A stretch of DNA of 20,000 bases. Origin: an uncultured virus (IMG/VR IMGVR_UViG_3300027901_000780) (lineage: Duplodnaviria > Heunggongvirae > Uroviricota > Caudoviricetes). The stretch lies in IMG/VR virus record IMGVR_UViG_3300027901_000780. One strand, written 5' to 3'. The translations under genes were made by a program, and so were the position numbers. Below the pieces are notes generated by a model. That model was not told the origin of the DNA, searched no databases, and was given only the letters and a program-made list of their open reading frames with translations. The first letter of the stretch is position 1. Each line of letters opens with the position of its first letter. Shown here one piece after another: positions 1 through 9,344 of this stretch.

Positions 1-90
1 GAAGAAATGAATAAGATATTAAAAACTTTAAAAAATAATATTACTAAATTAGAAATTTGTTTATATAATTATAAAAAATATAGAAAATAA
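1..90 (+). CDS. 3' end of a hypothetical protein (partial)
   Basis: Open frame from base 1 (EEMNKILKTLKNN...KKYRK) to TAA at 88-90, four bases before the next ATG. Confidence 0.6.
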   Translation, partial: EEMNKILKTLKNNITKLEICLYNYKKYRK

Positions 91-94
91 ATGG

Positions 95-418
95 ATGTTA
101 ATTAGTTTGGGAATTTATACAAAGAAAGGATTAAAAATAGCAGATGGATATATAAGGATTATATATGGTGATAGGGGCGATTATATAGAGGTTAATTCAA
201 GACAAATTATATTAGGTAATTTACATATACCAGAAGATAAAAAGTGGAAGGAAAGTAATTATAAAGTTTATTATATAGAATATAGAAGCAATGATAAATG
301 TAATGTAAAGGTATATTATCAAAAGAAAGAGGTTAGTTATGCTGATTATAAAATTGGATATTATTATATATCTCTTAATGATGTAAATATAATAAGTGAA
401 ACAATAAAGATGAGTTGA
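95..418 (+). CDS. Hypothetical protein, Tyr-rich, virus-like
   Basis: 107-aa ORF in a tightly packed operon; codon usage matches neighbours. Confidence 0.75.
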   Translation: MLISLGIYTKKGLKIADGYIRIIYGDRGDYIEVNSRQIILGNLHIPEDKKWKESNYKVYYIEYRSNDKCNVKVYYQKKEVSYADYKIGYYYISLNDVNIISETIKMS

Positions 419-422
419 TAAA

Positions 423-1127
423 ATGAATAATATTAATGAAACAATTAAAATAGGAATGGTGGGAACACATGGTATTGGAAAAACTGAATATGTTAAGATG
501 TTGTATAATTGGTTCATTAATGATAATAGTATAAAATATACAAAAGATGATATTGCATATATATATGAAATAGTTAGGGATTGTCCATATCAAGTAAATG
601 AAAAGACATCATTAAAGGCACAAAAATGGATTCTTGATAATCAAATTGATAGAGAAAGACATTTTTATGAATTAAATAAAAAAATTATAATAACTGATAG
701 AACAGTTATAGATAATTTTGCATATTTATTATATGCAAAGAGGGTATCAGCAAAAGATATGAAAGTTAAAGATGTTGTAAAGTATGCGGGTGATGTTGAT
801 TTTTGGTTGGATGTTCATCCATATAATATAATATTTTATATAAGGATACCTAATAATTTAGAATATAATGAAATAACTATATATGATGATGGTTTTAGGT
901 CTATAAATAAGAAATTTCAATTAGAAATAGATAAAATAATTGAAGTAATATTAATTAATAGATTTAATTTAAATGTGATAGATTATTATGAAATTGATGA
1001 AGAATATGTAAGGATTCATAAATATAATAATATATTTATGATTAATGCTGATTATGGTAATTTAACAGAAGGGTTTAATAAGATATTAGAGGTAATAAAG
1101 AAATATAATGGGATGGGGTTGATATAG
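423..1127 (+). CDS. P-loop NTPase of the AAA_28/NadR-like nucleotide kinase type
   Basis: Walker A GTHGIGKT near the N-terminus, IITDRTVIDNFAY motif and DDGFR lid motif, all typical of this family. Confidence 0.8.
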   Translation: MNNINETIKIGMVGTHGIGKTEYVKMLYNWFINDNSIKYTKDDIAYIYEIVRDCPYQVNEKTSLKAQKWILDNQIDRERHFYELNKKIIITDRTVIDNFAYLLYAKRVSAKDMKVKDVVKYAGDVDFWLDVHPYNIIFYIRIPNNLEYNEITIYDDGFRSINKKFQLEIDKIIEVILINRFNLNVIDYYEIDEEYVRIHKYNNIFMINADYGNLTEGFNKILEVIKKYNGMGLI

Positions 1128-1939
1128 TGCCATTTTCAAATGAAACTGATGAGGAAATAAAAGAGAGAACAATGGAAATTATTAAAATTAGTGATGAAGA
1201 TAAATATTTGATAGAACAATTAAAGAAAAACATTAAGAATGGTGTAAGAAAGAGTAGAATAAAATCAGTTGTTTATTATAAGAATAGAGGACATTGGGGA
1301 GATAATAAATTTAGAGGAAATACAACAGGAAAATTATTAATAGATTTATTTAACTATTATTTACCAACTAAGGTATATGATCCAATGGAAGGAAGTGGAA
1401 CAGTAAGAGATGTATGTATAGAAGCAGAGATAGATTATATTGGGAATGATTTAATAAGTGGGGGTTATGATTTATTATATTTACCAGAATTGAGATTATT
1501 AAAGAATTTAAAGGTGGAGTTAATTGATTTTATTTTCTTTCATCCGCCATATTGGGACATTATAAAGTATTATGATTTGTATAATACAAATAAGGATGAT
1601 TGTTTAAGTGGGTGTGAAACATATAAAGAATATTTAGAATCTTTAAGATTATGTATAGATATATTATGGCAAATATTAAGAAAAGGTGGGCATTTGGTTA
1701 TACAATTAGGAGATAAAAGAAAGGATAATAGATATTATCCAATAACATTTGATATATATCAAAGATTAAGTAATTTATTTATAATACCAAATCAATTATA
1801 TTTAGAACAGATAATAATAAAAGTACAAGAGTATTATAAAAATGGGACAGAAGGTGTTGGTATTGAAGGGTATAATATGTTTGGAACACCAATAATACCA
1901 ATAAATCATGAATATATATTAATATTAAGGAAGATTTAA
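1127..1939 (+). CDS. Amino (N6-adenine/N4-cytosine) DNA methyltransferase with MPF-starting N-terminal extension
   Basis: SAM-binding motif I DPMEGSGT followed by catalytic motif IV HPPY. GTG start overlaps the upstream TAG (TAGTG), with GGGGTTGA SD upstream. Confidence 0.85.
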   Translation: MPFSNETDEEIKERTMEIIKISDEDKYLIEQLKKNIKNGVRKSRIKSVVYYKNRGHWGDNKFRGNTTGKLLIDLFNYYLPTKVYDPMEGSGTVRDVCIEAEIDYIGNDLISGGYDLLYLPELRLLKNLKVELIDFIFFHPPYWDIIKYYDLYNTNKDDCLSGCETYKEYLESLRLCIDILWQILRKGGHLVIQLGDKRKDNRYYPITFDIYQRLSNLFIIPNQLYLEQIIIKVQEYYKNGTEGVGIEGYNMFGTPIIPINHEYILILRKI

Positions 1940-1942
1940 AAG

Positions 1943-2119
1943 ATGCCATTTGAAAAAATAATTGATGAGATTGATGATAATAATAAATCTAAAAAGAAAC
2001 CTAAATATATTAAAAAATGTATTAAATGTAATAAAGATATGATAGGAAAAAAGAAGGGAAATATTATAACATATTTTCATAAAGAATGTAGGTATGGATT
2101 ATTAGTGGTGATAAATTAA
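1943..2119 (+). CDS. Small Zn-finger protein (58 aa, MPF start), absent from the ORF track
   Basis: Manual translation MPFEKIIDEIDDNNKSKKKPKYIKKCIKCNKDMIGKKKGNIITYFHKECRYGLLVVIN has CxxC...HxxC and exactly fills the gap between two genes. Confidence 0.75.
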   Translation: MPFEKIIDEIDDNNKSKKKPKYIKKCIKCNKDMIGKKKGNIITYFHKECRYGLLVVIN

Positions 2120-2120
2120 T

Positions 2121-2375
2121 ATGAGTAAGGTATTAGTATTAACAGATTTACAAGTATATTTATTATTAAATAAGTTACTACATTCATGTGGTCATTGTAT
2201 TAGAAGTCCTAAAGAGAGAAATTGTAGAGAGTGTGAATGGAAAACACTAATATTAGAATTATATGAGCCAAAAGACCAAGAAGAAGAAGAATATTTAAGT
2301 CGTTATGATATTGATGAACCATTACCTTTATATGATATTAGAAAAGGAATGAATGAGAGGATGAAACCAAAATGA
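2121..2375 (+). CDS. Small Zn-binding hypothetical protein
   Basis: CGHC...CREC; GGTGA SD upstream; ATGA overlap with the next gene. Confidence 0.75.
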   Translation: MSKVLVLTDLQVYLLLNKLLHSCGHCIRSPKERNCRECEWKTLILELYEPKDQEEEEYLSRYDIDEPLPLYDIRKGMNERMKPK

Positions 2376-2872
2376 GTAGAGTACTAACAAAAGATGAACA
2401 GGGAATTATATGTGATGGTTGTTGTAGATCAATAGAAGATTTTATGATAGAAAAAATGGTATTATATAGAAAATATAAGTGGAAAAATGAAGAAGGAAAA
2501 TATTATTTAAAAATTGGAGAAAGACCAAAAGAAATACCAAATTATAAGTTTTGGAGAGCAAGATTACTTAAATTTCATAATGAAGAATGTGTAAAAAAGA
2601 GATGTGAAATGTTTAATAAGGTATGTGGGGATAATGATGGATTATGTTATAGTAAGAAGAAAGGAACAAAATGTTATTTAGTAGTTATATGTAGATTTAT
2701 TAATTTAGTTATATATTTAGAAAGAGATTTAGATTATCAACAAAAGAATATTGAAAGATTAAAAAGATTAGGGTTATATATAGAACCAGAAGATAAGAGA
2801 TATTGTAAGAAATGTGGTTATATGATGCACAAAGATTTTATTAAAGAACATGAAGCAAAGTGTAAAAAATAG
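2372..2872 (+). CDS. Cys-rich hypothetical protein with C-terminal C2HC-like finger
   Basis: CDGC, HNEEC and CKKC...H...C motifs. Confidence 0.75.
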   Translation: MSRVLTKDEQGIICDGCCRSIEDFMIEKMVLYRKYKWKNEEGKYYLKIGERPKEIPNYKFWRARLLKFHNEECVKKRCEMFNKVCGDNDGLCYSKKKGTKCYLVVICRFINLVIYLERDLDYQQKNIERLKRLGLYIEPEDKRYCKKCGYMMHKDFIKEHEAKCKK

Positions 2873-2875
2873 GAG

Positions 2876-3523
2876 ATGAATAAATTGAATGGAGATAAAG
2901 AGAAAAGGTTTGGAATAGTAAATTATTTTGAAATAGAAATGAATAATGGAGAAATAAAAGTATTAATGGAACATTGTCCTAAATGTGAGAGTATTTTAGA
3001 TAAATATGAACCAAATAGGTGTAAGTGGGTTGATTGTAATTGGAATATAAAAAGAGAGGAAATAATAGGTTCAGTATTATTAATAGGGAGTATGAGATTT
3101 AATAAGTTATTCTTTGAATTAGAGAAACAATTAACATTTTTTGGATATAATATAATAATGCCATATATAGATGGTATATATAATAAAAGTAATTATTCTA
3201 AAGAACAATGGAATTATTTAGAGTTACATATATTAAAGAAGATTGATTTAGTAGATGCGGTATTTGTTATAAATGATAAAATGGATGTTAGTGATGAAGA
3301 AGGTTATATTGGAGAACATACAAAAGAAGAAATTTTATATACAATACTAACAAAGAGTAATAGTAATTATGAAGATTGGTGGAAATATATTGGTAAAATA
3401 TACAAGATTGATGTATATAAAATATTAGAAAAGGATAATGTAAGTAGTAAAATACAAAAATGGAATAATTGGGGAATGAATTTTCATAGTGAAGAAATAA
3501 TGAATCTTATTAAGGCATTATAA
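2876..3523 (+). CDS. Zn-ribbon plus nucleoside 2-deoxyribosyltransferase-like (NDT superfamily) domain
   Basis: CPKC...C-C N-terminal finger, then LIGSMRF...KIDLVDAVFVIN...GYIGEHTKEEI, a pattern I associate with phage NDT-like proteins. Confidence 0.55.
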   Translation: MNKLNGDKEKRFGIVNYFEIEMNNGEIKVLMEHCPKCESILDKYEPNRCKWVDCNWNIKREEIIGSVLLIGSMRFNKLFFELEKQLTFFGYNIIMPYIDGIYNKSNYSKEQWNYLELHILKKIDLVDAVFVINDKMDVSDEEGYIGEHTKEEILYTILTKSNSNYEDWWKYIGKIYKIDVYKILEKDNVSSKIQKWNNWGMNFHSEEIMNLIKAL

Positions 3524-3569
3524 GGGAGAAGATATGGTATAGAATATATTTTTGTGATGATGAATAAAC

Positions 3570-3595
3570 CTCTAATTAATTGATAGAGTTTTTTT
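3570..3595 (+). terminator. Short hairpin plus T-tract, putative terminator
   Basis: CTCTA-ATTAATTGA-TAGAG followed by T7 in one of the few intergenic gaps. Confidence 0.45.
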
Positions 3596-3672
3596 CATAT
3601 TTTCTCTATTAATATGAAGAAGAAATGTAGAACTGAACAAAAATATAAATATATTTAATAATGGTGATGTAT

Positions 3673-4233
3673 ATGAAATATACAGAAGAATTTCATAATA
3701 TATATATATTAATAAGAGATGAAGTATTACTCTTTATAAAAAGAAATAATAATGGAGTAGAATCAGAATTTATACATTATTATATTAGAAATTTAAAAGA
3801 AAATCCAAGAAATGATAAAGATAAGAAATATAAGATATTAAATTTTGAAGAAAGACTTGATGGATGGGGTTTTCATATTAAAATTAATTATTATTGTGAA
3901 ATATTACAGAAGGTATTAAATGAATTAGTAAGAAGAAGTATAATAACAATAAAAGAATTTGATAAGTATATATTAACAGAAGTAGGATTGGGGTTAATTA
4001 ATTTAGAAATAGAAAATAAACCACATATTTTTCCATTAGATAAGATGATTAAAATAAATAAGGCAACGGTAGGACAAAAATGGTTATATATGGTAAAAGA
4101 ATTAGGGGGTATGGGAAATATGTTATGGGAAAATATAGATGTAGATGTATTAATGGATTCATTTGCCAGTAGGATAATGAAGGAAACAATGGAATTAATG
4201 ATGTTAATAAGAAAAAGGAGAGAAAATAAATGA
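3673..4233 (+). CDS. Hypothetical protein with probable winged-helix domain
   Basis: LNELVRRSIITIK...YILTEVG resembles a wHTH recognition helix and wing. Start moved from 3661 to ATG 3673 because GGTGA at 3663 is the SD. Confidence 0.6.
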   Translation: MKYTEEFHNIYILIRDEVLLFIKRNNNGVESEFIHYYIRNLKENPRNDKDKKYKILNFEERLDGWGFHIKINYYCEILQKVLNELVRRSIITIKEFDKYILTEVGLGLINLEIENKPHIFPLDKMIKINKATVGQKWLYMVKELGGMGNMLWENIDVDVLMDSFASRIMKETMELMMLIRKRRENK

Positions 4234-4715
4234 ATAATGATGAATTTATAAAGAAATTAGAAAGTTATAAATTTGTGGATAGGGTAATATCATTTTTTGA
4301 AGGAGAAAAGAAAGTATTTAGAAAGGTTAAAAATCCATATTTAAAGATTGGATTTAAAGATATAGATGTAAATAATATGTTTATAGTGAAGATAACAGAG
4401 AGAGGAATTTATATAGTAAGAAATTTTGGATTAAGTATAAATGTATATGCTGAAAGTATTAATGATGATATAGAAGGATGTAAAAATAAATTAATTTTAG
4501 ATATTATTAGTACATTAGATGAGATTGATTATATATTAAAAATTAATGAAAGTGATGTAACATGTGATACTTGTAATAGAAGGTATAATGAAGATAATAT
4601 AAAAAGATGTCCTTTTGGGGTAATAGTATGTTATAAGTGTGAAAATAATCCAGATAAGTGTGATTATATAAGTTTTAATCAGTCATGTACAAATAAATGT
4701 GGTAAAAAAATATAA
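4230..4715 (+). CDS. Hypothetical protein with Cys-rich C-terminal Zn-binding domain
   Basis: CDTC...C...CYKC...C...C...C; ATGA overlap with the upstream gene. Confidence 0.75.
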   Translation: MNNDEFIKKLESYKFVDRVISFFEGEKKVFRKVKNPYLKIGFKDIDVNNMFIVKITERGIYIVRNFGLSINVYAESINDDIEGCKNKLILDIISTLDEIDYILKINESDVTCDTCNRRYNEDNIKRCPFGVIVCYKCENNPDKCDYISFNQSCTNKCGKKI

Positions 4716-4737
4716 GTGAATTAGAAGGTATTAAGGC

Positions 4738-5103
4738 TTGAAATTAAAAAAGAAAAAAAAGAATAATAATAATAATTATTTTAGTATAATAGTAGAAAAG
4801 GAAAAGGATAAAGAAGATAAATTATATTATAATATACATTTTAAATATCATAAATTTAGTAAGAGTGATATAATGTATGCAATATTACATTTATTTTTTA
4901 ATGATGTAATGAAAGCAATTAGGAAAAATAAAAATAAACATAATTTAGATGAAAAGAAAGATAAAAAAACTATAAGGATGATTGCTTATCAATCATTAAT
5001 TAATCAAATAAATGGTAATCTTTTAAGACTTTTAAAGAATATAAATAATAATTTAGAAAATAAAAAAGATAATAATAAGGAAGAGTTTAATTATTTTATA
5101 TAG
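4738..5103 (+). CDS. Hypothetical Lys/Asn-rich protein
   Basis: 121-aa ORF with TTG start, filling the operon gap. Confidence 0.6.
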   Translation: MKLKKKKKNNNNNYFSIIVEKEKDKEDKLYYNIHFKYHKFSKSDIMYAILHLFFNDVMKAIRKNKNKHNLDEKKDKKTIRMIAYQSLINQINGNLLRLLKNINNNLENKKDNNKEEFNYFI

Positions 5104-5116
5104 GGAGATGATATAT

Positions 5117-5989
5117 ATGCCATTTGATAAAATAGGAGAAAAGAAAGAAGAAAAAATAGAAATTGGTAGTAGTAGTGAATTAGAAAATAAAGAAATATCA
5201 AAAGAGGAAGATTCAATAAATGTTGATGAATTAGAAAAATTGGATATAAATAGAGTAGTAATGGAAGTAGCAAAACCATTAGTGGAAAAAATTGAAAAAT
5301 TAGAAAAAAATATATTAGATAGTAAAATATATAAAAATGAATTAGTGAATCAGGTAGTAGATAATTTACTAAATTTAATAGTTCCATTAAAAGAGTTTAA
5401 TGGAACATATATAGACTTAAATAAAAATTTAATTAATACAAATAATAAATTAGTTAATTCTATTAATGAATTATTAAAAAATATAAAAGATTTAGCAAAT
5501 GATTTAAATGATGAATTTATGGTAATGGTTAATACAATGAGAACAGTTGAATCATTAGTAAGAATGGTTGAATCATTAATATTAAAGTTAGATGTTAGAC
5601 CAGTAATTAATTTAAGTCCAATAATAGAAGTTAAAATAGATGAAAAGAATAAAGTTATTCCAATAAAACCAAAGAAAGAACCAGTAAAATCAATAAAAAA
5701 GGAGGAAGATGATACAATTAGAACACCATTAAAACCAGATGAAATGATAGAAGAACTTGATGAATTTACAGATAAAAAGGTGCAAAAAATAGTTGGTGGA
5801 GATGAAAAGTTGATAATGTTTGAAGGAGAAATGATAGGTATAAAAATTATTACTATAAAGAAATTAATGGAAAAGACTGGTTTAACTAAGAAAGATATTA
5901 TAAAATTTTCAAAGGAAAAAGGATATAAGATAACAAAAACAAGGATATATACTGATATTAAAGTAAAAAATTTAATAGAAAAAGAATAA
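5117..5989 (+). CDS. Coiled-coil protein with MPF start and possible C-terminal HTH-like domain
   Basis: GGAGATGA SD favours ATG 5117 (MPFDKIGEKKEE) over 5108. Heptad-rich centre; C-terminal TIKKLMEKTGLTKKDII is HTH-like. Confidence 0.7.
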   Translation: MPFDKIGEKKEEKIEIGSSSELENKEISKEEDSINVDELEKLDINRVVMEVAKPLVEKIEKLEKNILDSKIYKNELVNQVVDNLLNLIVPLKEFNGTYIDLNKNLINTNNKLVNSINELLKNIKDLANDLNDEFMVMVNTMRTVESLVRMVESLILKLDVRPVINLSPIIEVKIDEKNKVIPIKPKKEPVKSIKKEEDDTIRTPLKPDEMIEELDEFTDKKVQKIVGGDEKLIMFEGEMIGIKIITIKKLMEKTGLTKKDIIKFSKEKGYKITKTRIYTDIKVKNLIEKE

Positions 5990-6003
5990 AATGGAGGAAT
6001 AAT

Positions 6004-6204
6004 ATGAGTAAATTGGAGATAGCATATTTTATATTTGGATTTGTATCTATAATATATGCAGTAATTTTTATTTTTAATAACTTTTTTGTAGAAGATATAG
6101 GTACAATAGATATATTATTAAATGTAACAGCAGGTATAACATTTCTTATATTTGGATTTATATTTTCTATTTTATCTTTTGAAGAATTTAGAAAGTCAAT
6201 ATAG
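6004..6204 (+). CDS. Small membrane protein with two TM helices
   Basis: Two hydrophobic ~20-aa segments; GGAGG SD. Confidence 0.75.
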   Translation: MSKLEIAYFIFGFVSIIYAVIFIFNNFFVEDIGTIDILLNVTAGITFLIFGFIFSILSFEEFRKSI

Positions 6205-6219
6205 ATGGGGTGATTAACA

Positions 6220-6819
6220 TTGGTTAATATAATGGAAATTAATAAAAATGAATATTATGTTAATACAGTTGTTGTATTAAATAAAGAAATATATAAAGAT
6301 AAAAAAATTTATGCTATAATTGGTACAAGAGAACCAAATAGATATGAAAAGGATATTGCATATAATTTAGGAAGGAGGTTTGCAATAAAGGATATAGTAG
6401 TTATAACTGGTGGTGCAAATGGAATAGATTATTATGCTACTGATGGATGTTTAAGAAATGGTGGAAATGTTATATGGGTTTTAGCAAAGTTTAAGGATGA
6501 TATATTAATTCCACAAAAGAATTTTGATTATGCTTTGAATAATATAGAAAATGGATTAGATATAATAATAATTGATTATATAGAAGAATTAACATTAAAA
6601 CAACAATATTTAGAGAGAAATATAGTAATATTAGAAACAGCAACAAAAATATTTATACCAATGTATTATGATGATTGTATGAAAAAGAAATATGGAGTAT
6701 ATAAACAAATAAAAAATAATTATTTAAAAAATAAAAATATATATAATAAAGATAATAATAAAAAATTTATATTTATGCACGATATAATAAGGGCAATAGG
6801 TAATAGTAATATATTTTAG
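6220..6819 (+). CDS. DprA/Smf-like SLOG-fold protein
   Basis: AIIGTR, VITGGANGID and YLERN motifs match the DprA/Smf core; GGGGTGA SD. Confidence 0.75.
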   Translation: MVNIMEINKNEYYVNTVVVLNKEIYKDKKIYAIIGTREPNRYEKDIAYNLGRRFAIKDIVVITGGANGIDYYATDGCLRNGGNVIWVLAKFKDDILIPQKNFDYALNNIENGLDIIIIDYIEELTLKQQYLERNIVILETATKIFIPMYYDDCMKKKYGVYKQIKNNYLKNKNIYNKDNNKKFIFMHDIIRAIGNSNIF

Positions 6820-6831
6820 GATATGGTATAT

Positions 6832-6978
6832 ATGAGTGATTTTGAAGGTATGTGGGAAGAATTAAAGAAATATATAGAAGATGATAATTTATATATGACA
6901 ATTTATCCTTTTGATGTACAAACAAAAATTAAAACTAAAATGGAAGAATTAGAAAATAAGTATATAGATAGTGATTAA
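6832..6978 (+). CDS. Small hypothetical protein (48 aa), absent from the ORF track
   Basis: MSDFEGMWEELKKYIEDDNLYMTIYPFDVQTKIKTKMEELENKYIDSD fills the gap between adjacent genes. Confidence 0.6.
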   Translation: MSDFEGMWEELKKYIEDDNLYMTIYPFDVQTKIKTKMEELENKYIDSD

Positions 6979-6979
6979 T

Positions 6980-7792
6980 ATGGATTATGATTCAAATGTA
7001 GAAAGAGTTAAAAAAGAAAAAATAGAAGAACTATTAAAGAATAAGAAGAATGGAGATAAAATAAGATTTGAAATAGAAAAGGTGGTGGTAGATTTGGAAG
7101 ATTATAGTAATTTAAAATTAGTGGATTTTATAAGAAAGATAAAGAGTAATGTGTATGAATTTGATAAGAAAAGTAATAATATAGATACATTAGCATTAAA
7201 AACATTCAAATAAAATGGTATTACAATGGATGGAATTGTAAAAAAGGATAAACATAAGATAAGGGAAGGGTGTTCAAATGCAATTGTGTGTAATATATCA
7301 ATATTATTATAGGTTTGTGAGAATGGAGAAGCAATAATAACTAATATATTTACTGCTATTAATAGACAATTGAATAAAATACAAAAATTTTTAAAAGTTG
7401 GAATACAAGAGGATAACTCTTTTAATAATATAAGTGGTTATTGTTGGGATGATATGTTATTGAATAAGTTAATTTATTTAGTTTGGTATTATACATTTAG
7501 TTGGGATAAGGAGAAATCATTGGAAAGATTATCATTAATAGTATTTAAACAAGATGCAAAGACTATGAATGGAATTATAAATAATAAAGTAGAAAATATA
7601 ATAATTGGATGTTGTAATGCTATTGTATGTAATATATCTTTATTAATAAAAAGTTATTATGAGGATAAAGAAAATAAAGATTTAAAAGAAGATAAAGTAT
7701 TACCACAAATAGTAGGGAGATTGATGAGAGCAGTAGATAAACAGGAACAACAAATAAAAAGTTATAAAAAGTCAGCAAAGTTTTATAAGTGA
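6980..7792 (+). pseudogene. Tandem two-domain helical protein interrupted by in-frame TAA (7211) and TAG (7310)
   Basis: Track ORFs 6971-7213 and 7370-7792 share a frame, and the gap translates as a homologue of the second half: FK*NGITMDGIVKKDKHKIREGCSNAIVCNISILL* versus FKQDAKTMNGIINNKVENIIIGCCNAIVCNISLLIK (339-nt period). Confidence 0.7.
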
Positions 7793-7797
7793 TATAT

Positions 7798-8073
7798 ATG
7801 AAATTTCAAGTTGATTATAATAAAAAAGAATTAAGTGTATTAATAAAAGGTATGAATAAGTTTCATAAGTCTGGTTTTACAACTGAAAGTGAAAGAAGGA
7901 TAGCAAGAATTTTAGGAGAACAATTTGAATATATGTATAAAGAAATAGAACAACCAGAAAAGGATACTGTAAGTTGTATGTTTTGTAGTGGTGTTGGAAA
8001 GTTAAAGGAGGGAGAAACAGTATTAAATTTAATAATAACTGAGGAAGGTTTTATTAATATTAAAGTGAGGTAA
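7798..8073 (+). CDS. Hypothetical protein with CxxCxGxG motif
   Basis: CMFCSGVG. ATG 7798 preferred over GTG 7789, which lies in the SD-like AGTGA. Confidence 0.65.
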   Translation: MKFQVDYNKKELSVLIKGMNKFHKSGFTTESERRIARILGEQFEYMYKEIEQPEKDTVSCMFCSGVGKLKEGETVLNLIITEEGFINIKVR

Positions 8074-8077
8074 TATA

Positions 8078-8350
8078 ATGACAGATGGTATAAGTGATGC
8101 TTATGATACAAGATTAAGGTGTCCTAAGTGTTATCATAAATCTGAATCTTATGAATTATTAGAGGTAAATAATAGATTAGTTTGTCCTCATTGTAAAAGG
8201 ATAATGTTTGATATAATATTATTAGAGAAAACAGTAATAGTAACATATAAGGAACAAGTAGATTTTTCTAATAAAGTATTAGAGAATAGTTCTAATGAAA
8301 AATTAAAAAAACTATTAAATGATGGATATAGTATAGTAGGATATGTTTAA
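8078..8350 (+). CDS. Zn-ribbon protein
   Basis: CPKC...CPHC; GAGGT SD. Confidence 0.75.
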   Translation: MTDGISDAYDTRLRCPKCYHKSESYELLEVNNRLVCPHCKRIMFDIILLEKTVIVTYKEQVDFSNKVLENSSNEKLKKLLNDGYSIVGYV

Positions 8351-8365
8351 TAGGGAGATATAAAA

Positions 8366-8473
8366 TTGTATTCTTATGTCAATATATGGGTTTTAATTAT
8401 ATTATGGGGTATTATAGTATTAGTTTGGTATTTAATATGGAGAGCGGGGAAAAAATATAGAAAAAAGATATAG
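8366..8473 (+). CDS. 35-aa single-pass membrane peptide, absent from the ORF track
   Basis: TTG start after GGGAG. MYSYVNIWVLIILWGIIVLVWYLIWRAGKKYRKKI is a TM helix with a basic tail. Confidence 0.6.
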   Translation: MYSYVNIWVLIILWGIIVLVWYLIWRAGKKYRKKI

Positions 8474-8482
8474 GTGATGTAT

Positions 8483-8647
8483 ATGGTTAAGATGGCAAGA
8501 ATTATAATGGAAATTGAAGAATGTAGATAAGATGAGGTTGATACATATAAAAATAATAAATGGAATAAAAAAGAAGATATAGAACCAATATGGAATGAAA
8601 TAAGAATTATTATAAAAAAGAGAAAAAAAGAAATGGGGTTAATATAA
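8483..8647 (+). pseudogene. Small gene with in-frame TAA at 8528
   Basis: AGGTGA SD and ATG; MVKMARIIMEIEECR*DEVDTYKNNKW...KKEMGLI ends in a TAATG overlap with the next gene. Confidence 0.5.
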
Positions 8648-9126
8648 TGCCAATTGTAACAGAAGATGATTTAAAAAAAGAGAAAGAATTAAGTGAATTT
8701 ATGAAGAAATATTATAATGAGTATTGGAATAATTTAAATAATCCAAATAAGACTGGATTAACATTAAGTGTTGATAGTGATATATTCAATTATTTAATTG
8801 ATAGAATAGAAAGAGAGAAGAATAATAAAATATTTATTGGTGTAGTAAAAGGTATTAGGTTTGATGCTTGGGATAAGAGTGAGAGTGAAAGAGATATAAT
8901 ATATTTTATTAAGAAAGGATATGATGAAAGACATTGGGTATATTTATTAAATGGTGTAACTGGTTATGAAAGTATTGCAGTAGAAAGAATAAAAGAACCA
9001 TGTATAGAAGGATGTAAAGGTTGGATAGCATGTATGGGGACAGATAGGAGATGGGATAAATTAATTATACCACATGAAGAAATGGATAAAGTTAGGGAAC
9101 ATATAAAAGAATTGGGTGTTAGTTGA
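8647..9126 (+). CDS. Hypothetical protein (MPI start)
   Basis: 159-aa ORF with conserved-looking GVTGYES and WIACMGTDRRWD segments; TAATG translational coupling. Confidence 0.75.
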   Translation: MPIVTEDDLKKEKELSEFMKKYYNEYWNNLNNPNKTGLTLSVDSDIFNYLIDRIEREKNNKIFIGVVKGIRFDAWDKSESERDIIYFIKKGYDERHWVYLLNGVTGYESIAVERIKEPCIEGCKGWIACMGTDRRWDKLIIPHEEMDKVREHIKELGVS

Positions 9127-9315
9127 TTGGTGGATATTATAGAAGAAACTGTTAGTAGAATAAGATTAAGTAATGAAGAATTAATTTTATTTAAAAATAT
9201 ACTTGATAAAATAAATTTGGTATTTATTAGTGAATTAAATAAAAAGGAAAGTGATTTTTTATTAATTTTAAATAAAAGAGTAAATGGGAGAATAGAAATG
9301 TTAGATTTAATATAA
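9127..9315 (+). CDS. Small hypothetical protein
   Basis: 62-aa ORF abutting the previous stop. Confidence 0.55.
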   Translation: MVDIIEETVSRIRLSNEELILFKNILDKINLVFISELNKKESDFLLILNKRVNGRIEMLDLI

Positions 9316-9344
9316 ATAAAATAAACAGAAAGGAGTTGAATAAT

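Noticed and set aside
3521..3583. Possible read-through of the 2876 gene (20 more codons after TAA)
   Set aside because: A short open stretch is expected by chance, and there is no homology support.
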